Origin: a virus
Lineage: Duplodnaviria; Caudoviricetes
Virus record (IMG/VR): IMGVR_UViG_3300020171_000028
Location: 1 to 62,374 of that record
Reading direction: 5' to 3' (one strand)
Length of the DNA stretch: 62,374 nt
The translations under genes were made by a program, and so were the position numbers. The notes beneath the pieces are model-generated. The model was given only the letters and a program-made list of their open reading frames with translations. It did no database searches and was not told the DNA's origin. The first letter of the stretch is position 1; each line of letters starts with the position of its first letter. Below are positions 55,876 to 62,374 of the stretch, one piece after another.

Positions 55876-56883
55876 ATGAAGATAACTAAAATAGAATTAT
55901 TAACTGCCTTAGAAGCTGTAAAGGCTGGATTGGCGAATAAAGAATTAATAGAGCAAACTACTTCTTTTGCTTTTATAAAAGGCAAAGTGATTACTTACAA
56001 CGATGAAATCAGCTTTTCACATCCATTGAAAGGATTAAATATTGAAGGGGCCGTACAAGCAGAACAATTGTATAAGTTACTTGCTAAACTTAAAAAAGAA
56101 GAAATAGACTTTACTTTAACTGAAAACGAAATCTTGATTCAAAATGGAAAGATGACAGCTGGATTAGCTTTACAAAAAGAAATAACTTTACCTTTAAATG
56201 AACTTAAAGAAAAGAAAGATTGGTATCCTATCCCTTCTAAATTGTTAAAGCATATGAAACTTACCGTAGGTGCTTGTTCAAGAGATATGAGCCGTCCTGT
56301 ATTAACTTGTATTAATATAGATAAAAAAGGATATGTACAAGGCTCCGACGGCTTTCGTATCGCACAAGGTGTGTTAGGAGAAGAATCTCCAATAGATACT
56401 TTTCTTTTACCAGCCTCCTCTGCTTTAGAAGTAGAAAAATTAGCTCCTATAGAAATGGCACAAAGTGTCGGATGGGTTCATTTCCGCGCAGCAGAAGGAA
56501 CTATTTTATCTTGCCGTATCTTGACTGATAAATTTCCAGATGTACAACCATACTTAGTTTCGAAAGGAATAGAAATAAAATTTCCTTCTTCTATACTAGA
56601 AATTTTGGAACGTGCTGCTGTTTTTTCTAAAAGAGACCATTTACTTGATGAAGAAATTTATATTACTTTAGAAAATAACCGATTATTACTGGAAAGCAAA
56701 TCCAATACAGGATGGTTCAAAGAAGAAGTAAATTGTAAATTCTCTGAAGAAAAAACACAATTCAAAATCACTCCGTATCTTCTAAAGGATGTTTTAACAG
56801 AAGCAAGGCAATGTCTTATGAATGAAAAAACATTATTATTTCAAGGAGAAGATTGGAGTTACTTAACTATGTTAAGAAAGTAG
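55876..56883 (+). CDS. DNA sliding clamp (Pol III beta-like)
   Basis: 335 aa; SRPVLTCINI, GSDGFRIA, KFPDV, LERAAVFS. Confidence 0.82.
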   Translation: MKITKIELLTALEAVKAGLANKELIEQTTSFAFIKGKVITYNDEISFSHPLKGLNIEGAVQAEQLYKLLAKLKKEEIDFTLTENEILIQNGKMTAGLALQKEITLPLNELKEKKDWYPIPSKLLKHMKLTVGACSRDMSRPVLTCINIDKKGYVQGSDGFRIAQGVLGEESPIDTFLLPASSALEVEKLAPIEMAQSVGWVHFRAAEGTILSCRILTDKFPDVQPYLVSKGIEIKFPSSILEILERAAVFSKRDHLLDEEIYITLENNRLLLESKSNTGWFKEEVNCKFSEEKTQFKITPYLLKDVLTEARQCLMNEKTLLFQGEDWSYLTMLRK

Positions 56884-56885
56884 TT

Positions 56886-59474
56886 ATGGAAGGATTCTTT
56901 ACAAAGAAACAAACAGAATCAAAAACTCGTCCTGATGGAAAAGTACATAGTTGCTTTTCCTGTGGATTACTTACGCTTTGTAAAAGCCCTAAGATGTCTC
57001 CAACAGGAAACTTTAAACTTGGTATTTTAAATATTGGAGAAGCGCCTGATACTACCGATGACCGGTTAGGTCTTCCTTTCCGATCCAAAGCTGGACGATA
57101 CTTACAAAAAATGTATAGACAAGTAGGTATAGATTTAGAAGAAGATTGTTTAAATGTAAATGCCATTAAATGCTCCCCGCAAACTAAGGAAGGAAAAAAC
57201 AGAAAACCTACGAACTATGAAATCGATTGTTGTAGAAAATACGTTTTAGAAGTCATAGAAAAATACAACCCGAAAGTAATTGTATTGTTTGGGGCGTCTC
57301 CTTTGTATAGCGTACTAAAAGGACATTACAGTAAAGATTTAGGAGACATCCATAAATGGCAAGGGTGGACTATCCCTGACCAGAAATACAAGGCTTGGCT
57401 TCTTCCTGTGTATGCTCCTGATTTTATTCTTCACCAAGAAAGTCAAGAATCAGAAGTAGTTTGGTTACAAAGTTTAAAGCAAGTAAAAATAAAAGCAAGA
57501 GAGGAATTTCCTATTTATGAAGAACCTAAAATTGAAATCATAGAAGACTTATCTGTTTTAGAAACTATTAAAAGTTCTGAAATTGCTTTTGACTATGAAA
57601 CTACCGGATTGAAGCCACATGCTCCTGAGCACCGAATTGTTTGTGCGGCAGTAGCTCATTCTGAAAATCACGCCTATGTTTTTCGAATGCCTAGAAAAAA
57701 GTCAGAAAGAACCCCTTTCATAAATTTATTGCAAGACCCTGTAATTAAGAAGATGGCACACAATATGAAATTTGAAGACCATTGGACTAATGTAAAATTA
57801 AAAACAGAAATTACAAATTGGTATTGGGATAGTATGTTAGTTGCTCATGTTTTAGACAATCGACCAGGAATCACTGGATTAAAATTTCAAACCTACATAA
57901 ATTTCGGAATTGCTGACTATGATAGTGAAATCAGTCCTTATCTTAAATCTGAGGGAAATAATGATAATGCAGTAAATAACATATTCAAAGCTATCGAAAA
58001 CGGGTATGAAGAAAAATTACTTAAATACTGCGCCTTAGACGCAATTTATCAGTACCGCTTATATAAGTATCAAGAAAAACAAATAAGGAGCGTACAACGG
58101 CTCTACGATGCTTATATGCTAATGCACAACGGTATTCTTGCTATCGCCAAAGCAGAAAGACAAGGATTTCGTATAGATGTAGAATATATACAAAAGAAAA
58201 AAGAATTCTTATCTCGCAAAATCGAGAAAATCGAAACCCAGTTTAAAGAATCTGATTTGTATAAAGAATGGCAAAAACATTCCAAAGGACAAGTTAATAT
58301 CAATTCTGGAAAACAATTAGGAGATTTCTTGTACGGAATTAAGAAATTGAAACCTACAAAAACCACTACCTCCGGATTAGGTAGCACAGATGAGGAGGCT
58401 TTGTTATCCCTAAATCTTCCGGAATTAACTAGATTACTAGAAACTAAGAAATTAAAGAAAATCCGAGATACTTATTTAGATGCTTTCGACCGAGAGCAAG
58501 TAAATGGAATAATCCATCCTTTTTTCAATCTTCATTTAGTACAAACTTACCGGTCTAGTTCTAACAGCCCTAACTTCCAGAATATTCCTAAACGAGACAA
58601 AGAAGCAATGAAAGCGGTTAGGAAAGCAATTTATCCAAGACCGGGACATCAATTACTCGAAGTAGATTTTAGTGGTATAGAAGTTAGAATTGCTGCTTGC
58701 TACCACAAAGACCCTACTATGTTAAAATATATAAATGACCCTACTACCGACATGCATAGGGATATGGCAGAACAAATTTTCAAAATTAATAATTTTAACA
58801 AAGCTCTTCCAGAGCATTCATATTTAAGAAGCGCAGCGAAAAATGGTTTTGTATTCCCTCAATTCTATGGCGATTATTATAAGAATTGTGCTGAAAATTT
58901 AGCTATTAGATGGGGAGGATTATCTGAAGGGAAATGGAAAGCAGGACAAGGTGTAGTGTTTGAAGGAAAAAATTTAGCAGACCATTTACTTAAACAAGGT
59001 ATTCGTTCTTTAGAACAATTCACTGAGCATATCCGTCTTATAGAAAATGATTTTTGGAGTAACAGATTTCCTAAGTATTCTTGGTGGAAAGATGCTACTT
59101 ATGCAACTTATAAGAAATATGGATACTTTACTTTGAAAACTGGATTCGATTGTAAAGGAATCATGCGTAAAAACGAAGTTATAAACTATCCTGTACAAGG
59201 CGCGGCTTTCCATTGTTTACTGTGGTCATTTACTGAGATGGTAAATGCCTTAGAAAAGAAATGTATGGATTCCAAAGTAATAGGACAAATACATGATTCC
59301 ATTGTTTTAGATGTACATCCAGAAGAATTGGAAGAAGTGAAGAAACTGCTCCGCTACATTACAACAATAGCTTTACCAAAACATTGGGATTGGATTATTG
59401 TGCCGATGGATATTGATGCGGAAATAAGTCCTGTGGATGGTAGTTGGGCGGATAAACAAGATTGTAAGATTTGA
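56886..59474 (+). CDS. Family A DNA polymerase with N-terminal family-4 uracil-DNA-glycosylase-like domain
   Basis: CFSC…C, IGEAP, NAIKC; exonuclease DYETTG, HNMKFE, YCALDA; polymerase NFQNIP, DFSGIEVR, AKNGFVFPQFYG, NYPVQG, QIHDS. Confidence 0.93.
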   Translation: MEGFFTKKQTESKTRPDGKVHSCFSCGLLTLCKSPKMSPTGNFKLGILNIGEAPDTTDDRLGLPFRSKAGRYLQKMYRQVGIDLEEDCLNVNAIKCSPQTKEGKNRKPTNYEIDCCRKYVLEVIEKYNPKVIVLFGASPLYSVLKGHYSKDLGDIHKWQGWTIPDQKYKAWLLPVYAPDFILHQESQESEVVWLQSLKQVKIKAREEFPIYEEPKIEIIEDLSVLETIKSSEIAFDYETTGLKPHAPEHRIVCAAVAHSENHAYVFRMPRKKSERTPFINLLQDPVIKKMAHNMKFEDHWTNVKLKTEITNWYWDSMLVAHVLDNRPGITGLKFQTYINFGIADYDSEISPYLKSEGNNDNAVNNIFKAIENGYEEKLLKYCALDAIYQYRLYKYQEKQIRSVQRLYDAYMLMHNGILAIAKAERQGFRIDVEYIQKKKEFLSRKIEKIETQFKESDLYKEWQKHSKGQVNINSGKQLGDFLYGIKKLKPTKTTTSGLGSTDEEALLSLNLPELTRLLETKKLKKIRDTYLDAFDREQVNGIIHPFFNLHLVQTYRSSSNSPNFQNIPKRDKEAMKAVRKAIYPRPGHQLLEVDFSGIEVRIAACYHKDPTMLKYINDPTTDMHRDMAEQIFKINNFNKALPEHSYLRSAAKNGFVFPQFYGDYYKNCAENLAIRWGGLSEGKWKAGQGVVFEGKNLADHLLKQGIRSLEQFTEHIRLIENDFWSNRFPKYSWWKDATYATYKKYGYFTLKTGFDCKGIMRKNEVINYPVQGAAFHCLLWSFTEMVNALEKKCMDSKVIGQIHDSIVLDVHPEELEEVKKLLRYITTIALPKHWDWIIVPMDIDAEISPVDGSWADKQDCKI

Positions 59475-59485
59475 TAAATAAATTT

Positions 59486-59495
59486 TTTGTATAAT
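59486..59495 (+). promoter_or_regulatory. Putative middle promoter TTTGTATAAT
   Basis: Repeated intergenic motif. Confidence 0.7.
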
Positions 59496-59512
59496 AAAGG
59501 AAAAGAAAATAA

Positions 59513-60424
59513 ATGAGTTTATATCACAAATATCGCCCGGAAACATTAGGCAAGGTAAGAGGAAACAAAAAAATCATACCTGTACTGGAAAAGATGTTAC
59601 AAGATAAGACCACCGCTCCACATTCTTTCTTATTTCACGGACCAACAGGTTGCGGAAAAACAACTATAGGAAGAATTGTTGCCCAAGAACTCGGATGCTC
59701 TAAAGAAGATTTCATTGAATTAGATTCCGCTGATTTTAGAGGAATAGATACAGTTAGAGAAATCAGAAAACAAAGTCAATATGCTCCTTTGAACGGAAGT
59801 ATAAGAGTTTGGATGCTGGATGAGATTCATAAAAGTACAAATGATGCTCAAAATGCTTTATTAAAAATCTTAGAAGACCCTCCAGCACATGTATATTTCA
59901 TTCTATGTACTACAGACCCTCAAAAACTACTTCCTACTATAAAAGGAAGATGTAGTCAATTTCAAGTAGAATTGCTATCAGAAATAGATATGCTGCGTTT
60001 GTTAAAAACAGTAGTTAGAGGAGAAGAAGAAACTTTAGAAGAAGAGATATACCAACAAATCACCCAAGATAGTTTAGGCCATCCAAGAAATGCTTTGCAA
60101 ATATTAGAACAAGTACTTTCTTCCGAACCAGAAAAAAGATTACAGATAGCTCAACAAGCAGCATTGGAACAAAGTCAATCTATTGAGCTTTGTCGGGCAT
60201 TGATAGGTGGTAGTGGTTGGAATAAAGTAGCCTCTATTTTACAAGGAGTAAAAGACCAAGACCCGGAAGGGATTAGGCGGCAAGTTATGGGATACGCCCA
60301 AGCAGTTTTATTAAAATCAGACAATCCAACTGCGGGACTTGTTTTAGAATGTTTCTTGGAGCCTTTTTACAATACAGGATTTCCGGGATTAACTTTTGCA
60401 TGTTATCAAGTAGTAAAAAATTAA
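59513..60424 (+). CDS. Clamp loader (DnaX gamma/tau-like AAA+)
   Basis: LYHKYRP, GPTGCGKTT, LDEIH, NALLKILEDPP, TIKGRC. Confidence 0.9.
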   Translation: MSLYHKYRPETLGKVRGNKKIIPVLEKMLQDKTTAPHSFLFHGPTGCGKTTIGRIVAQELGCSKEDFIELDSADFRGIDTVREIRKQSQYAPLNGSIRVWMLDEIHKSTNDAQNALLKILEDPPAHVYFILCTTDPQKLLPTIKGRCSQFQVELLSEIDMLRLLKTVVRGEEETLEEEIYQQITQDSLGHPRNALQILEQVLSSEPEKRLQIAQQAALEQSQSIELCRALIGGSGWNKVASILQGVKDQDPEGIRRQVMGYAQAVLLKSDNPTAGLVLECFLEPFYNTGFPGLTFACYQVVKN

Positions 60425-60427
60425 GAT

Positions 60428-60601
60428 ATGAAACCAACCGAATTACATAAAGCTATTATGAACAGAGATAATTATTCTTTTGAAGAGGCGGATGAACTAG
60501 TAAAGGAATTACGCCAATCAGTCGCTGATGGAGAAAACCCGGAAGAGGTTCTTTATGACGAAGGATTTGAACCTGATTACATTTTTGATATACTTCCTTA
60601 G
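60428..60601 (+). CDS. Small acidic hypothetical protein (57 aa, not in ORF track)
   Basis: MKPTELHKAIMNRD…GFEPDYIFDILP*. Confidence 0.6.
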   Translation: MKPTELHKAIMNRDNYSFEEADELVKELRQSVADGENPEEVLYDEGFEPDYIFDILP

Positions 60602-60602
60602 T

Positions 60603-60821
60603 ATGCACATTATACGAGCAAATGTAGGAACCCATAACTGGAAATTGCAATTCTCAATAAATTTAAGAGGAGCTGTTGTGGATACTTATATTTGTTTACA
60701 ATGTGGAATGGTTGCAAAGAAATACGGAGGTGAACGATATTTCATCGATGAAAAATACGAAATAGAAGAGGTACTTAATTGTGAAAATCAAGAAAAAAAG
60801 AAAATAAGGAGGACAAAATGA
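60603..60821 (+). CDS. Small zinc-ribbon-like protein
   Basis: HNW…CLQCG…C; likely start MHIIR. Confidence 0.55.
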   Translation: MHIIRANVGTHNWKLQFSINLRGAVVDTYICLQCGMVAKKYGGERYFIDEKYEIEEVLNCENQEKKKIRRTK

Positions 60822-61303
60822 ATTACGAAAAGGATATGAAAATTGACGAAACTAGTTTAGACCTTGAATGGTTAGACCAAACTAGTTTAGCTTTCAGTTA
60901 TGGAAAGCATTGGGCAAGATGTCAAAAAGAATTAGAATTAGCTCAGGAAGAAATCAAATTAGTACGGTCGGAATTGATAAAAGAAGTAACAGAAGACCCT
61001 GACAAATATCTAGGAAGCGGAGTAAAAGCCACAGCACCTGTTATCGAAGCTTACTACCGTAACCATAAAAGGCATATAGAAGTCAAAGACCGAATTGTAG
61101 AATTACAATATGAAGCAAATGTGGCTGAAATTGCTAAAACAGAAATCAGTTTTACTCGCAAAGCAGCACTAGAAAATTTAGTTAGGCTTCACGGACAACA
61201 ATACTTTGCCGGTCCTCAGATTCCTAGAGATATTACTGCGGAAAGAGAACAAAAAACAATGAGAGCAAATTCAACCGTTGCTCGTAAACTAAAAAGAGGG
61301 TAA
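60818..61303 (+). CDS. UvsY-like recombination mediator
   Basis: Helical 161 aa, DMKIDETSLDLEWLDQ…RKAALENLV; near SSB and RecA. Confidence 0.6.
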   Translation: MNYEKDMKIDETSLDLEWLDQTSLAFSYGKHWARCQKELELAQEEIKLVRSELIKEVTEDPDKYLGSGVKATAPVIEAYYRNHKRHIEVKDRIVELQYEANVAEIAKTEISFTRKAALENLVRLHGQQYFAGPQIPRDITAEREQKTMRANSTVARKLKRG

Positions 61304-61308
61304 AAGAA

Positions 61309-61491
61309 ATGATAGAATACATGTTAGATAATTGGTTAGCTATTATTTTTATATCTTTGTATGCCTTAGGATGGTTTTACCTGCTTAGTAGAATCACAAT
61401 GACCGGAGCACTGAAAGAATTGAATGATTTCTTAGAAAAAAAAGTAAACGAATACTTAAAAAACAAAGTAAAAAATGAAAAAAAATCGTAA
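61309..61491 (+). CDS. Small membrane protein
   Basis: Single TM. Confidence 0.55.
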   Translation: MIEYMLDNWLAIIFISLYALGWFYLLSRITMTGALKELNDFLEKKVNEYLKNKVKNEKKS

Positions 61492-62374
61492 CAAGAAAAG
61501 TAGTTTTATTGGAAAAACGAATCAAGATGCAAAAAGGCAAAAAACTGCCGCGTCATCTTATGGATTTTTAAAACTCCCAAAAGGGGTAAGTGTTTTTTCC
61601 CCTGAACCAGATAGTAGAGTGAAATTAGATTTCATGCCCTACTTAGTAAAGGATGCAAATCATCCAGATAAGAATGCTCAACTAGATATCGCAGTAAAAG
61701 GTAGTTTGTGGTATAAACGTCCATTCAAAATTCACCGAAATGTAGGCACAGGAAATGATGTCGTTGTATGTCCAACCTCTTTCGGACAGAAATGCCCTAT
61801 CTGTGAATACAGAGCAAAACGATTGAAAGAAGGAGCAGACCAGGAAGAAACTAATGAATACAAAACTTCAAGTAGAAATTTGTATTTAGTAATCCCACTA
61901 GATTCAAAACAACATGAAAAGAAAATACATGTATTTGATGTAAGTCAATACTTATTCCAAAACCTCTTAAACGATGAATTAGAAGAGGATGAAGACAACG
62001 GTGTATTCCCAGATTTAGAAGAAGGATTAACTTTAAAAGTACGATTCAATTCTACTACTATTGGGAAAAGTAAACCTTTTGCAGAAGCTAGCCGTATTGA
62101 TTTTCTTGAAAGAGATAAACCGTATGAAGAATCTATCCTAGACTCCATTCCTTGCTTAGATGAAATGCTCACTATATTAACTTATGAGGAATTAAGTGCA
62201 AAATTCTTTGAAATTGAGAATGAAGATTCCGAGGAAGAGGAAGAAGATGAGAAGGAAAAACCAGCTCGCAAAAGAAAACCAGCTCCTACTCCTGAGCCGG
62301 AAGAGGAAGAGGAAGAGGAAGAGGAAGAGGAAGAGGAAGAGGAAGAGGAAGAGGAAGAGGAAGAGGAAGAGGAA
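61475..62374 (+). CDS. T4 gp32-like single-stranded DNA-binding protein (runs off the end, continues at 1..429)
   Basis: H…C…CPIC zinc motif, RNLY, EGLTLKV, long acidic tail; absent from ORF track because it has no stop in the window. Confidence 0.8.
   Translation, partial: MKKNRNKKSSFIGKTNQDAKRQKTAASSYGFLKLPKGVSVFSPEPDSRVKLDFMPYLVKDANHPDKNAQLDIAVKGSLWYKRPFKIHRNVGTGNDVVVCPTSFGQKCPICEYRAKRLKEGADQEETNEYKTSSRNLYLVIPLDSKQHEKKIHVFDVSQYLFQNLLNDELEEDEDNGVFPDLEEGLTLKVRFNSTTIGKSKPFAEASRIDFLERDKPYEESILDSIPCLDEMLTILTYEELSAKFFEIENEDSEEEEEDEKEKPARKRKPAPTPEPEEEEEEEEEEEEEEEEEEEEEEEEE

Noticed and set aside
1-62374. tRNA genes, introns/inteins, stop-codon reassignment
   Set aside because: No cloverleaf was noticed in the few intergenic gaps; TerL, PolA and MCP are uninterrupted and of normal size; TAA, TAG and TGA all terminate genes with dense standard-code coding. 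tRNAscan was not run.

Overview
The window is an essentially complete, circularly permuted genome (~62 kb, AT-rich) of a tailed dsDNA phage with siphovirus-type tail genes. The contig breaks inside a poly-Glu repeat of a gp32-like SSB gene that runs from 61475 off the end and resumes at 1..429. The host is probably Bacteroidota or a relative (BACON-like domain, GNVGIGTTSP fibre repeats, DUF6291 initiator, A-rich leaders). The minus-strand arm (6394-35176) holds packaging, head, a glycosylation/methylation/sulfotransferase-like cluster, tail and lysis genes. The plus-strand arm (35386-62374, 1-6397) holds early genes, replication genes (initiator with iterons, primase, DnaC, DnaB, UDG-PolA, clamp, clamp loader), T4-like recombination genes (UvsX/RecA, UvsY, SSB, split SbcC, SbcD, RuvC) and a 7-deazaguanine DNA-modification cluster. 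The most striking element is 40631-46296, a phage-borne integron-like system. Ten sequence-diverse, attC-like folding sites (AACG...stem...loop...stem...TGTT, 87-126 bp) separate eleven small ORFs, nine of which are bracketed by cassette-specific GTT.../...AAC inverted repeats. The array ends at an attI-like half site directly upstream of a small tyrosine recombinase that lacks the IntI-specific insertion. The ORFs are oriented opposite to those of classical integrons. All calls are from motif recognition by eye; no database searches were run.
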